Both the position numbers and the translations under genes were made by a program. A stretch of 64,000 nucleotides of DNA from Coprothermobacterota bacterium (GTDB taxonomy: Bacteria > Coprothermobacterota > Coprothermobacteria > Coprothermobacterales > Coprothermobacteraceae): positions 160,001 to 224,000 of the forward strand of contig JAZIGN010000001.1 of assembly GCA_036679065.1 (NCBI GenBank), read 5' to 3'. The notes beneath the pieces were generated by a model. That model worked only from the letters and a program-made list of their open reading frames with translations. It did no database searches and was not told the origin of the DNA. This document shows, piece by piece, positions 9,684-19,992 of this stretch; the stretch's first letter is position 1, and each line of letters begins with the position of its first letter.

Positions 9684-11132
9684 TTATGGAGTAAAACCTT
9701 TGAAGAGCATAACGTCACGTACTACTTGCCTAAACCAAGGTGCGGCAACGTAAACTGCTAAGGACGGACTTATCTTCTGCGGTCGATCAATGCTGAGAAG
9801 CAGTATCATTTCAGGGTTGTCTCCAGGCAAAAGGCCCACATAAGAGTAAAGCCTGTCGGTTTGATTGTACCGACCGTCAACAGGGACTTGTGCTGTGCCT
9901 GATTTTGCCGCCACGTTGAAGTACTTTCCTTTGTAGGGAACGGCGGCTGCAGATACGGTGGGAGTTGCAATGGTTTTCATGATTTCGCGTACAATGTTGG
10001 CCGATTCAGCACTAACGACCCTGGTGGGTGTTGCAGTGGGGAATTCGATGTGCTGTTCCCCCAAAGTGATGCTTTTAACCAATCTCAAATCATAAAGCAA
10101 TCCATTGTTAGCAATAGCCGTGTATGCTCTGACAAACTGCAGGGGTGTGAGAGCAACTCCCTGTCCAAAACCAGCATTGAGAAGGCTGGCTTGTGTATTC
10201 TGAGGCAGAATGGAATTGGCTTCTCCAGGGAAACGCAGGACGGGCTTATCCATGCCGTAGCGTTTCAGGCCAGTTACTAGCCTTTCATAGCCCGTCTTCT
10301 TTGCTACCGTGGCCATGTAAATATTGCTGGACTGTTGCAGGGCCTTTGTCAGATCCACCGTTCCAAGGAATTTCCAATCTTTTATGGTTATCCCATCGAT
10401 CTGAGTAACGCCTGGAGAATAAACAGTAAAAGAAGTATCGATGGCACCCAAATCAAGGGCCCAAGCCATGACCAAAGGTTTAAAAATCGAGCCTGGTTCA
10501 AATAATTCCTGATATAAAGGTGAAGCACCTGACTTACTTCTGCTAAAAGCTGACGCTGCAAGGATGTCACCTCTGTTGGATATAACTACTATCCACGCTC
10601 TTTCAGGTCCCAATTGATCTGCAATTTGAGAAACATAATCATCGGTAATTTTCTGCAAGCCTGCGTCAATGGTTGTCTCCACTGTGGGCTGTGTGGAGGT
10701 CTTGGAGAAAACGAACCTGGTGCTCAAAACCATGTCAAGTGCAGCTTCAAGTCCGGTGTTGCCTCCGGGTGTGTGTGCGCCGATCAGGAATCGGGTGTTC
10801 TCTGCTTGTTGTCGTTGTTCTCTGAGTTCTACCCAGGCATAGGGAGTATCCACATTTATGTGCGGTAGAGACCTTATTTCTTCACACTTAAGCTGCACGA
10901 TTTTTTCGAGTTCCTCGTTGCAGGAACTCTCGAGAAGCGCTTTAGGTCCCCATAGCCGCTTTGTTATGCTGGAGCTGTTGTAGGCGATGGCACCTCCGTC
11001 CGAGGTTATTGAGCCTCTCAGAATCAAAGAAGGTGACAAAGGTTTTTCCGCCTGATCATGGATGTACTCAATGGACGTAAAAACTGATAGGAACATGATT
11101 ACAAAAGCAGTAAAAAGCAGCAATGGTATCAT
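9684..11132 (-). CDS. Class B penicillin-binding protein (transpeptidase, FtsI/SpoVD-like)
   Basis: N-terminal TM, EPGSIFK (SxxK), SSN (SxN), KSGTAQ, GFGQG; ORF extends to 11168, ATG 11132 chosen. Confidence 0.9.
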   Translation of the reverse strand: MIPLLLFTAFVIMFLSVFTSIEYIHDQAEKPLSPSLILRGSITSDGGAIAYNSSSITKRLWGPKALLESSCNEELEKIVQLKCEEIRSLPHINVDTPYAWVELREQRQQAENTRFLIGAHTPGGNTGLEAALDMVLSTRFVFSKTSTQPTVETTIDAGLQKITDDYVSQIADQLGPERAWIVVISNRGDILAASAFSRSKSGASPLYQELFEPGSIFKPLVMAWALDLGAIDTSFTVYSPGVTQIDGITIKDWKFLGTVDLTKALQQSSNIYMATVAKKTGYERLVTGLKRYGMDKPVLRFPGEANSILPQNTQASLLNAGFGQGVALTPLQFVRAYTAIANNGLLYDLRLVKSITLGEQHIEFPTATPTRVVSAESANIVREIMKTIATPTVSAAAVPYKGKYFNVAAKSGTAQVPVDGRYNQTDRLYSYVGLLPGDNPEMILLLSIDRPQKISPSLAVYVAAPWFRQVVRDVMLFKGFTP

Positions 11133-11197
11133 TACGTACCGTTTCACGCTTATAATGTTAGCATGCAAGATGCAGAAGTCGAGAAAGGAGGGATGTC

Positions 11198-12133
11198 ATG
11201 ATAATAACTGTCACGTTGAACCCCGCTATTGACATGTGGTTGACCGTTCCCGCTTTGGAGAAAGGAAAGTTTGTACGATCAGAAAAAGAGCGTTTGAATG
11301 CCGGGGGTAAAGGCGTAATCATCGCCAGGATTTTGCAGAAATTGAACATGGGGCCGGTGGTTGCTTCAGGCATTCTTGCTGGAAGGACAGGCCTGACGCT
11401 AGAGGATTATCTTTCCAGAGAGAAAGTACCCGCAAATTTTGTCTTTTTACCGGGGTTCGACACCAGACTGAACATTGAAATTGTTGACAACACGGACAAT
11501 TCAGTTACTCAGATAAACACAAGTGGGCCCTCTGTGTCTGAGGAACACGTTCAACAACTGGTAAACAATATCCTGCGCATAAGTCATGCTGACGATCTGG
11601 CAGTGCTGGCAGGTCACGTGCCTGTGGGTCTATCAGAGGACGTGTATGTGCAAATATCAGACACATTAATGAAAAAAGGTCTGAAAGTGGTGGTTAACGC
11701 AGGTGCGCAGTTTGTGAAGCCTGTGTTGGAATCCAGTAGTGATGTTGGAGTAGTTCTGGATCCCAAAGGGCCCAACGGATTCCAGATAACTTCGCTGGAT
11801 GACGAGGTTGAACTGGTCAAGAAATACCTCCAAGATAGACCAGTTTTGAGTTTCTCTTGGTCAAATACGGAAAATGTGATCGGGATGAACGGAAAGATTT
11901 ACCATGCTAAAATAGTCAATCCAAACATTAGAACACTTTGGGGAGCTAACTCAGCACTGACTGCGGGCTTGGTGCACGGTATTCACGAAGGCTTAGCTCC
12001 TGAAGAAACCATTTCTTTGGCCATGGCAATGGCTTATTATGTGGCACGAGATCCGTGGGCACTCTTCGATAACCCGAATCCTTCAGATGACATTGCCAAG
12101 CTAAGAGAGTCCATTGAGGTAAGGCTAGTTTAA
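11198..12133 (+). CDS. PfkB/1-phosphofructokinase-family protein with degenerate active site
   Basis: TVTLNPAID, GGKG, TRLN match FruK/LacC; GAGD motif is replaced by GANS; SD AAGGAGGG. Confidence 0.8.
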   Translation: MIITVTLNPAIDMWLTVPALEKGKFVRSEKERLNAGGKGVIIARILQKLNMGPVVASGILAGRTGLTLEDYLSREKVPANFVFLPGFDTRLNIEIVDNTDNSVTQINTSGPSVSEEHVQQLVNNILRISHADDLAVLAGHVPVGLSEDVYVQISDTLMKKGLKVVVNAGAQFVKPVLESSSDVGVVLDPKGPNGFQITSLDDEVELVKKYLQDRPVLSFSWSNTENVIGMNGKIYHAKIVNPNIRTLWGANSALTAGLVHGIHEGLAPEETISLAMAMAYYVARDPWALFDNPNPSDDIAKLRESIEVRLV

Positions 12134-12180
12134 GCTCCTTACCTCAATGGAGTAAAATGTATAGTCTTTGTTTAGGGGGT

Positions 12181-13215
12181 TTAACGTTCAGCTGTCACAA
12201 AGGCTTCTTCGTCGTAATAAAGCTCGTCTGACAATACTACCGTTCCAGTAACAAGGGGTTTCAGATCTTGCACAGCGTAAACCCTGTAGTAGTCAGAGGT
12301 GTAGAAGTAAATATCGGGTGCTCCCACGTTTACTGGAGCTTCGGTCACGACTCTGAAACCTTGCGTAAGCAAGTCCTCCGGATCAAGGTCATACTCATGG
12401 AAATCTCTGATTATATCAGTTATTACAAAACCCATGTCCAAAAGTCTTTTTTGTATCTCGTACCACTTTTTCCTGCTACTTTCCAAGTGGGTCAATCCGA
12501 AATAACCTGTGGAATCTTCTCCACGTAACCCTTCGGCGCATCTGGATAGGAAGAGCGTGATCCCGTCAATGGTCTCCACTGGATCGGTGATAAAGACGTC
12601 AAACGATCTTTGAAGTTCCTCCCTAAAAGGATTCTGCACATCGTAAAGCTCTGCACTTACGTTCTTGAAACCTAAACTCTGAGCTTTTCCGTTTATGTAT
12701 TCAACTAATCTCTTATCAACTTCTAGTACCTTAACACTTCTTGGAAAACCTGTGATGCCCAGAGCCAAGGATGTTAAGTCATCGTCTCCGACGATTAGTA
12801 TGTCTTTATTCTCCAAGTCACCAAAGCGGTGTATGAGTGTGACACGTCTCATGGTATCTTCAGTGATCACATATCCTTGGTCATAGTCCTTAATGGCTTT
12901 GGGACGATCATTAGTTATTTCTCTAAACTGTTTTGACCAGTTCTCATAAGGACCCTTTAATAGAATTGTTTTTCCATGGCATGTGTCACAAATAGGTGAC
13001 ACATATGGCGATAAGTGCTCCTGAGCAGCCAAAGCTTTTCCTTTATCAGTTAGGGTGAAATGATGGTTATGACTGTTAATAAGACCCTCTCTTAACAAAC
13101 TTGTCAGCTCTTCTTCGAACTTTGGTAAACTGTCGTCCTGAAATCTGATCAGTTCCCAGTAGGTCTTATCACCGGATAACAAGGCTCTTATAAGATTTTT
13201 CCTGATTCTAGTCAT
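12181..13215 (-). CDS. bpsA: N4-bis(aminopropyl)spermidine synthase (branched-chain polyamine synthase, DUF43)
   Basis: RPKAIKDYDQGY, GDDDLTS, FDVFITDPVET, GYFGLTH; SD GGAGGTG at 13221-13227 (minus strand). Confidence 0.88.
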   Translation of the reverse strand: MTRIRKNLIRALLSGDKTYWELIRFQDDSLPKFEEELTSLLREGLINSHNHHFTLTDKGKALAAQEHLSPYVSPICDTCHGKTILLKGPYENWSKQFREITNDRPKAIKDYDQGYVITEDTMRRVTLIHRFGDLENKDILIVGDDDLTSLALGITGFPRSVKVLEVDKRLVEYINGKAQSLGFKNVSAELYDVQNPFREELQRSFDVFITDPVETIDGITLFLSRCAEGLRGEDSTGYFGLTHLESSRKKWYEIQKRLLDMGFVITDIIRDFHEYDLDPEDLLTQGFRVVTEAPVNVGAPDIYFYTSDYYRVYAVQDLKPLVTGTVVLSDELYYDEEAFVTAER

Positions 13216-13331
13216 GGGGTCACCTCCGTGAAAAATTAATCTGCTAAACCTTAAAACGCTATTTACTTACAAGTACATGCGTCTTTGCAGCCAAAGTGGT
13301 GCTGTTTGCGTTTATATAGTATAAATTATAC

Positions 13332-13661
13332 ATGATGGCCATAAAGGGCGTTGGAATTGATATTGTCTCCTTGAGCCGGTTCGAAAAAGTACTCATGAAA
13401 CATGGCGAAAAACTGCTCTCTAAGTATTTTGCCGAAGAAGAAAAGCAAATGTCAACCTCTTCACTGGCGGCTCGCTTCGCTGCCAAAGAGGCAGTCAAGA
13501 AAGCGTTGAATACCCCAAGTATTCCGTTCAGGAACATAGTTATTTCTTCTCCAGCGCGTCAGGCTAAAATCGTCGGTTATGAAGTTCAAGGCAGAGTGTG
13601 GGTTTCCATAAGTCATGAGAAAGATAACGCCGTGGCCATAGCTGTGTGGGAGGTTGTTTAG
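13332..13661 (+). CDS. acpS: Holo-[acyl-carrier-protein] synthase
   Basis: GVGIDIV, RFAAKEAVKKA, VSISHE. Confidence 0.93.
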   Translation: MMAIKGVGIDIVSLSRFEKVLMKHGEKLLSKYFAEEEKQMSTSSLAARFAAKEAVKKALNTPSIPFRNIVISSPARQAKIVGYEVQGRVWVSISHEKDNAVAIAVWEVV

Positions 13662-15054
13662 TGTGATTCCCCTAATTGGAAGCGACATGAAAGACCTGGA
13701 AAACGCTCTTTTTGGAGCTTATCAAGTGGAGCCTGCTGTCCTAATGGAAACAGCAGGTAGAAGTGTGGCTGAGCAGGTTATGCGGATGGTAAATCCAAGA
13801 AGGGTGGGTGTAGTGGCTGGCAAAGGTAATAATGGTGGTGATGCACTCACCTGTGCTCGGTTTCTTCTAGATGCGGGCAAAGAAGTCAAAGTTCTAACTT
13901 TGGAAAGTCTGGAAAGGTCGCCGCGGCTATCTTACTTGTTGGATAACGGAGCAACAGCATGTAAAAGCATTAAAGAGCTAATTGATTGTGACGTCCTTGT
14001 TGATGGCTTGTTCGGATACGGCTTTCGACCGCCTTTAGGGGATGAATATACCACTTTAATCAATGAGATGAATGCTGTGTCATGCCCCGTGGTTAGTGTT
14101 GACATGCCCTCCGGTCTTACTGCTCAGGGCTTGGTCAACGTTCCCATAGTGCAAGCAGATCTCACAGTCTTTTTAGGTTTACCTAAGCTAAATGCTCTGA
14201 CCGGCTTGGGTTTAGTGCGAAGCGGTGAGTTTGTCTTGGAAAGTCTTGGATACGGAAAGTTTTTCGAAAGTCATGTTTCCACCACGGCGTACTTGATTGA
14301 AGATGCTGATGTGGAAAGAATCATGAGAAGTGGGAGAACGAAAGCTTATCATAAGAGAGAAGCGGGACAAGTAACCGTCGTCGCTGGATCAAAACATTTC
14401 CCTGGAGCAGCACTTTTGGTAGCCAAAACGCTGGTGCTCATGGGTACTGGGCTTGTGTATGTGAAAGGTGACGACTATGCAGAAGAATTTGTAGTAAAAG
14501 CACTTCCTCAAGTGGTAAAGGGAGAAGGGCCTGGTGTAAGCGTAAGAATTATTGGCCCAGGCCTTGAGGATATGTCTTTGGCTGCTCAGATGGCTGCCAC
14601 GCCAGCGCCGAAGGTCATAGACGCAGCAGCTTTATGCGCGGAGGTTTTAGAGCATGCGAAGAACGCAGTTATAACGCCTCACGAAGGTGAAGCAGCACGA
14701 CTCCTTAATATGAGCGCAGAGGAAGTAAGGACCAACCGGTACGAAGCTGCAAGACGTCTCTATGAGCAATATGGACAAGTTGTTTTGTTAAAGGGGCCAG
14801 GTACTATTGTTTATGATGGCGAGAATTTCATGGTAATACCCATTAATGAACCGAGATTAGCTACCGGAGGTACGGGCGATGTCTTGTCTGGTTTAATTGG
14901 CTTTTTTCTGTGCAGAGGGCTAAGTCTGGCTAATGCAGCTGTGGCTGCTGCCTATTTGCATGGGAAAAGTGCCTCGGAGTTTTCCGCTGGCTTAGATCTG
15001 AACCGATTCATAGAAAAGATTGCTGAAAACTGGTGGGCTCGTTATGACGATTGA
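13654..15054 (+). CDS. nnr: Bifunctional NAD(P)HX epimerase/dehydratase (YjeF/Nnr)
   Basis: LMETAG, GKGNNGGDA, DMPSG, ITPHEGEAARLL, ATGGTGDVLSG. Confidence 0.93.
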   Translation: MFSVIPLIGSDMKDLENALFGAYQVEPAVLMETAGRSVAEQVMRMVNPRRVGVVAGKGNNGGDALTCARFLLDAGKEVKVLTLESLERSPRLSYLLDNGATACKSIKELIDCDVLVDGLFGYGFRPPLGDEYTTLINEMNAVSCPVVSVDMPSGLTAQGLVNVPIVQADLTVFLGLPKLNALTGLGLVRSGEFVLESLGYGKFFESHVSTTAYLIEDADVERIMRSGRTKAYHKREAGQVTVVAGSKHFPGAALLVAKTLVLMGTGLVYVKGDDYAEEFVVKALPQVVKGEGPGVSVRIIGPGLEDMSLAAQMAATPAPKVIDAAALCAEVLEHAKNAVITPHEGEAARLLNMSAEEVRTNRYEAARRLYEQYGQVVLLKGPGTIVYDGENFMVIPINEPRLATGGTGDVLSGLIGFFLCRGLSLANAAVAAAYLHGKSASEFSAGLDLNRFIEKIAENWWARYDD

Positions 15055-16753
15055 CGAAGCTGCTGTCTACATAAGGAATAATGTGGACATAGTAGAGGTG
15101 GTTTCTCGTTACGTAAGTCTTAAGAAAGTTGGGAGGAACTATTTTGGGTTGTGTCCTTTCCACAGCGAAAAAACTCCCTCATTTAGTGTTAACCCTAGCA
15201 AGGGTATCTTCAAGTGTTTTGGCTGTGGGGAGGGCGGCGACGTCATCAAGTTTCTCTCAAAGATCGAAAACACGACCTATCGCGAGGCAGTAAAGATGCT
15301 TGCCGCGGAGCTTGGTATTGCCATTGATGAGAATACGGAGACTGAAAAAATCTTGGAGGTGTTAGAAGAAGCCCGGCGGTTGATGAATGGAGTACTGCTC
15401 ACCAGGAGTGGTGCTTTGGCACTGAGCTATCTTAGTAACAGGGGACTAAAAGCTGAGACAATAAGTACTTTTGGCCTGGGATATGATCCCACTCGTGATT
15501 TCTTGCAGAAGGCGTTGGCCAAAAAGGGCTTTTCCGCTGATCTGGTGAGAAAAGCTGGGCTTACGAATAGCATCGGTAACGACTTTTTTGGTGGAAGGAT
15601 CGTCTTCCCCATTGAAAATATGAGCAAAAGAACTATAGGATTTGGAGCAAGAACTTTGGACGATATCAATCCTGTAAAGTACTTGAACACAGGTGAAACT
15701 CCGGTGTTTAAAAAGTCTCTTGTACTTTATGGGCTTACTCAGGCTTTGCCCAGTATGGAGAAGACAAAGTCTGTTGTCCTGGTAGAGGGGTACTTCGATG
15801 CCGTGGTGCTCAGTCAAGAGGGTTTTCCAAACGTAGTGGCCATTTTGGGTACGACGGTCACCCCTGAACAGTCTCGCTTGCTCGGCCGAAAAGTAAGGAG
15901 AGCTACTTTCCTTTTGGATTCGGACGATGCTGGTATTATGGCTGCTTTTAAGGGTTGTTTTGTTTTACTGTCGCAGAATGTGGAACCTCTTGTGGCTTTG
16001 CTGCCCGAGGGAGTGGATCCGGACGAAATGGCACTAAGATCCAAGAATAAACTCAGCGAAGTTCTTTCAGCACCGCTGGATTTGCTGAAGTTCTTGGAAT
16101 TTTCTTCTACTAAATACTTTGGTGGGATGCGCTCCCCGGAATTTCTGGAGGCATTGTCGCAAAACTTAAGGGGCCTGCCCACGTCACCGTTGTTAGAGAT
16201 GGCTATTAATGAGCTTGGAGAAAAGCTGGGTTTAGAAGCGAAAACTCTACAGTCTTTTCTGTCTTCCCGGGGATCAAGGTTCAAACATGATGAAGAAGCT
16301 ACTACCAACGCTGTTACCACAAGAAAGCCCGTAGACGTTGAAAGCATTGAGGAACAAATGGCCAGGCTTCTCATAAACACCCCTGAGCTGAGTAACATCC
16401 TAATCGAAGATGAGTATTTTTACCCGTACACCCCTGGACTTAGGGAAGTTCTGGATGCTATAAAGGACTGGGATCCTGAAAAGCATACAGCTCAAAAGTA
16501 TGTGGAACTGTTTCCTCCATATTTGAGGGATTTGGTGGAAGAATCAATGTTGGAGAATTTTGGTACATATGAGCAGAAGGAGAAAATGTTAAAAGAGCTT
16601 CTGGGCCGTTGGAGGGTGAAAGATTTAGACAATTACATTGGCAAACTTAGAGCGCAATTAGCTAACTCTCATGACGAAGGTTTGCTGGAACAGTTGCAGG
16701 AGGTTCTCAGCGAACGCGATGAAATAAGTAGGCAGCTTCAAGGTTTAGAATAG
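15044..16753 (+). CDS. dnaG: DNA primase
   Basis: CPFH..EKTPSF..CFGC zinc finger, KYLNT, VEGYFD, DSDDAG TOPRIM. Confidence 0.97.
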   Translation: MTIDEAAVYIRNNVDIVEVVSRYVSLKKVGRNYFGLCPFHSEKTPSFSVNPSKGIFKCFGCGEGGDVIKFLSKIENTTYREAVKMLAAELGIAIDENTETEKILEVLEEARRLMNGVLLTRSGALALSYLSNRGLKAETISTFGLGYDPTRDFLQKALAKKGFSADLVRKAGLTNSIGNDFFGGRIVFPIENMSKRTIGFGARTLDDINPVKYLNTGETPVFKKSLVLYGLTQALPSMEKTKSVVLVEGYFDAVVLSQEGFPNVVAILGTTVTPEQSRLLGRKVRRATFLLDSDDAGIMAAFKGCFVLLSQNVEPLVALLPEGVDPDEMALRSKNKLSEVLSAPLDLLKFLEFSSTKYFGGMRSPEFLEALSQNLRGLPTSPLLEMAINELGEKLGLEAKTLQSFLSSRGSRFKHDEEATTNAVTTRKPVDVESIEEQMARLLINTPELSNILIEDEYFYPYTPGLREVLDAIKDWDPEKHTAQKYVELFPPYLRDLVEESMLENFGTYEQKEKMLKELLGRWRVKDLDNYIGKLRAQLANSHDEGLLEQLQEVLSERDEISRQLQGLE

Positions 16754-16832
16754 TAAAGTGCGATTAAGCATGCTGGTTTTTGGGTATACCTTGTAAGAGA
16801 AGTCCGTTTGCAGAGGTGGTGTATCGAATAAT

Positions 16833-17915
16833 ATGGCAAGTAGAGGGAAAAAAGCGAAGAAGGATCTAACTGAAGAGTTAGAAAACCTCTACAACAAAAA
16901 ATTTGGTTTGATGGAGGAGGATGTTGATTTGCTCATCAACAGTTTGAATCCAGAGGATCTCGATGTTGATGAGATCGACATGTTCCTCGAGGAAAAAGGG
17001 ATAAGTATTATCCCTGAGGAGCCCAGAATTTATGGGGAAAGTGTTTCTTATGAACAAGGCCTTCCTGAGGAGGAAGAGCAAGTAAGAGAACTTATGCAGG
17101 TTTACCTGCACGATGTGGGTCAATATGATCTTCTTACGGCTGAGCAAGAGCGCATATTGGCTCAAAGGATTGAGAAGAACGACGCAGCAGCACGTGAGGA
17201 ACTCATAAAGAGAAATTTGCGTCTGGTTATCTCAATCGCTAGAAAATATACCAATAAGGGCCTCAGCTTTATGGAGCTGATACAAGAAGGCAACATTGGA
17301 CTGATCAAGGCTGTGGAAAAGTTCGACTGGAGGAAAGGTTATAAGTTTTCCACTTATGCTACGTGGTGGATTAAGCAAGCCATCACTCGTGCTTTAGCCG
17401 ACCAATCGAGACTAATCAGGCGCCCTGTGCACATGGTGGAGGCATACCACCAATTCCAGAAAAAATTGAATGAGTTATATAACCAGTTGGGTAGGGAGCC
17501 TACTGTTCAGGAATTAGCTGAAGCTCTGGGGTTCAGTGAGGACAAAGTGTTAGCACTTAAGCAGATGTCCAATCCAGAACCGCAATCACTAGATGCCACT
17601 ATTGGGGATCAAGATGACAGTAGGGTTCAAGATTTTGTACCCGATACGGGCGAAGGTGCAGCTGATAAGTACTTCTGGGAAGAAGAACGTAGACGGGTCC
17701 TTGAAGAAGTCCTTGGCACCTTAAACAAACGAGAAAGAGAAATCATTGAAATGCGCTATGGTCTAGTGGACGGCGTGGAACACACGCTGGAAGAGGTTGG
17801 GGCAAGTTTCAACATTACACGTGAAAGAGTTAGACAGATTGAAACGAAGGCTTTAAGAAAACTGCGTCATCCTACTAGAATTAGAAAGCTGAGGGAATAT
17901 TTGGATATTGAGTAA
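16833..17915 (+). CDS. rpoD: Primary RNA polymerase sigma factor SigA/RpoD
   Basis: [45 protein letters not shown]; follows dnaG. Confidence 0.95.
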   Translation: MASRGKKAKKDLTEELENLYNKKFGLMEEDVDLLINSLNPEDLDVDEIDMFLEEKGISIIPEEPRIYGESVSYEQGLPEEEEQVRELMQVYLHDVGQYDLLTAEQERILAQRIEKNDAAAREELIKRNLRLVISIARKYTNKGLSFMELIQEGNIGLIKAVEKFDWRKGYKFSTYATWWIKQAITRALADQSRLIRRPVHMVEAYHQFQKKLNELYNQLGREPTVQELAEALGFSEDKVLALKQMSNPEPQSLDATIGDQDDSRVQDFVPDTGEGAADKYFWEEERRRVLEEVLGTLNKREREIIEMRYGLVDGVEHTLEEVGASFNITRERVRQIETKALRKLRHPTRIRKLREYLDIE

Positions 17916-19870
17916 TGAAAGAGCGCTTTAAAGTTGAAGCTCCATTTGAGCCCAGCGGTGATCAACCCGAAGCCATAGGGAAGCTTTGTGATGGCATAAG
18001 AAGAAATTTTAGATTCCAGACTTTGCTTGGTGTGACAGGTTCTGGAAAGACATTTACCATGGCAAAGATCATAGAGGCTTTGAATTTGCCAACGCTAGTT
18101 ATATCACCAAACAAGACCTTGGCGGTGCAACTTTATTCAGAGTTCCGGGAATTCTTTCCTCAGAATGCCGTGGAGCTTTTTATGAGCTATTACGATTACT
18201 ATAGGCCCGAAGCATACATTCCTGAAACTGATACCTATTTGCCTAAAGATGCTGCAATAAACGAAGACATCGATAAGATGCGTCTATCGGCTATTTCTTC
18301 CCTGTTATCCAGACGCGATGTGGTGGTAGTGGCGTCTGTTTCTTGCATTTACTCTTTGGAAAATCCGGAGGTGTTTGCGGGTTCTGCTTTCTCTATCACT
18401 GAAGGCATGAAAATGGATACAAAGCTTTTCATGAGAAGGCTTTCTCAGATCAGTTATGAAAGAAATGACATCGAGCTTAGACCTGGCAACTTCAGATCCA
18501 GGGGTTTCAAGGTAGACGTCTTCCCTCCTCATGCACAAGGAATTATTTCCGTGGTCTTTGATGATGACATTATCGAAAGCATTTACGAAAGTGACCCGCT
18601 AACCGGGGAGAGGTTATTCTCTTATCATTCCTACACGTTTTTTCCCTCGAAGTACTTTATTACCTCGGAACAGTTAATCAGAAATGTGGTAGATCAGGTC
18701 ATGGTGGAGCTGGATAAACAAGTTAGGCAGTTTAAAGAGGAAGGTAAATACATAGAAGCACAGCGCATTGAAGAGCGGACCAAGTATGACATGGAAATGC
18801 TTTTGTCCACTGGCTACTGCAGTGGTATCGAGAACTATTCACGCTATTTTAGCGGACGCAAGGAAGGAGAAAGGCCTTACACCTTACTGGATTATTTCCC
18901 TCGCCCTTACCTAATGTTTATTGACGAAAGTCACCTAACTATTCCTCAAATCAGGGCCATGTACCACGGCGAGATGCAAAGAAAAGAAACACTGGTGCGA
19001 TTTGGATTTCGCTTACCTTCTGCTAAGGACAACCGCCCACTGAATTTTGATGAGTTTCTGTCATTGGTGGATAAGGTAGTATTTGTCAGTGCAACTCCAG
19101 GACCGTACGAATTGGAGGTCTCGCAGCAAGTAGTGGAGCAGATTGTCCGTCCCACGGGCTTAGTGGATCCCCAGGTTGTGGTCAAGCCAGCAAAGAACCA
19201 AGTGGAGGATTTGGTTAGGGAACTTACGCGAGTAGTCGAACGCGGTGAAAGAGCACTGGTCTTGACACTGACCAAGCAGATGGCGGAAAAACTCTCCACG
19301 TATCTGAGTTCATTGAAGTTCAAAGTCAGGTATTTGCATTCAGAGATTGATGTCATTGAACGGTCTCAGGTTCTAAAAGAACTGAGAACAGGTGTAATTG
19401 ACATCGTTGTGGGGATAAACCTTCTCAGAGAAGGGTTGGATTTACCAGAAGTTTCTTTGGTAGCTGTCTTGGATGCTGATAAGGAAGGATTCCTCCGTAG
19501 TGAGCGTTCTCTAATACAGATGATCGGTAGAGCTTCCAGGAATGTGAATGGTATGGTTATTCTATATGCTGACCAAGTCACCGACTCACTGAGGTCTGCT
19601 GTAGATGAAACAAACAGGCGCAGAGAAAAACAGTTAGAATACAACAAGGAACATGGAATAACGCCTCAAACAGTGCGGAAACGTGTTATTGATTACTTAG
19701 ATTTTATAAGTGGTGGAGCGTCAGGAAGTCGCATGACAAAGGAAGAAGCAAACGCCATGCTTCTTCAACTAGAGCAAGAAATGTATGAAGCTGCTGAAGC
19801 ACTTGAATTTGAAAAAGCCATAGTTATAAGGGATAGAATCAAAGAGCTAAAACTCGCGTACAAAGTCTAA
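17915..19870 (+). CDS. uvrB: Excinuclease ABC subunit B
   Basis: GVTGSGKT, YYDYYRPEAY, DESH, LREGLDLPEV, C-terminal UVR domain. Confidence 0.98.
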   Translation: MKERFKVEAPFEPSGDQPEAIGKLCDGIRRNFRFQTLLGVTGSGKTFTMAKIIEALNLPTLVISPNKTLAVQLYSEFREFFPQNAVELFMSYYDYYRPEAYIPETDTYLPKDAAINEDIDKMRLSAISSLLSRRDVVVVASVSCIYSLENPEVFAGSAFSITEGMKMDTKLFMRRLSQISYERNDIELRPGNFRSRGFKVDVFPPHAQGIISVVFDDDIIESIYESDPLTGERLFSYHSYTFFPSKYFITSEQLIRNVVDQVMVELDKQVRQFKEEGKYIEAQRIEERTKYDMEMLLSTGYCSGIENYSRYFSGRKEGERPYTLLDYFPRPYLMFIDESHLTIPQIRAMYHGEMQRKETLVRFGFRLPSAKDNRPLNFDEFLSLVDKVVFVSATPGPYELEVSQQVVEQIVRPTGLVDPQVVVKPAKNQVEDLVRELTRVVERGERALVLTLTKQMAEKLSTYLSSLKFKVRYLHSEIDVIERSQVLKELRTGVIDIVVGINLLREGLDLPEVSLVAVLDADKEGFLRSERSLIQMIGRASRNVNGMVILYADQVTDSLRSAVDETNRRREKQLEYNKEHGITPQTVRKRVIDYLDFISGGASGSRMTKEEANAMLLQLEQEMYEAAEALEFEKAIVIRDRIKELKLAYKV

Positions 19871-19951
19871 AAAGGCGGTTTTTTCCAGTCTTAAATCCCA
19901 TTGAGTAGCATTTTGGAACAGTTGGTTTGCTGTTCTGCCATTTAAACAACC

Positions 19952-19981
19952 TTGTAACCAGTGCAAACGGTGTGATATAAT
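19952..19981 (+). promoter_or_regulatory. Sigma-A promoter for the ylxM-ffh operon
   Basis: TTGTAA (19952-57), 18 nt spacer, extended -10 TGaTATAAT (19973-81). Confidence 0.7.
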
Positions 19982-19992
19982 GTCAACCTGAA

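Noticed and set aside
19871..19950. GAACAG-N8-CTGTTC hairpin as SRP RNA or SOS box
   Set aside because: It lacks the SRP domain IV motif, and the spacing does not fit GAAC-N4-GTTC. At most it is a weak terminator for uvrB.
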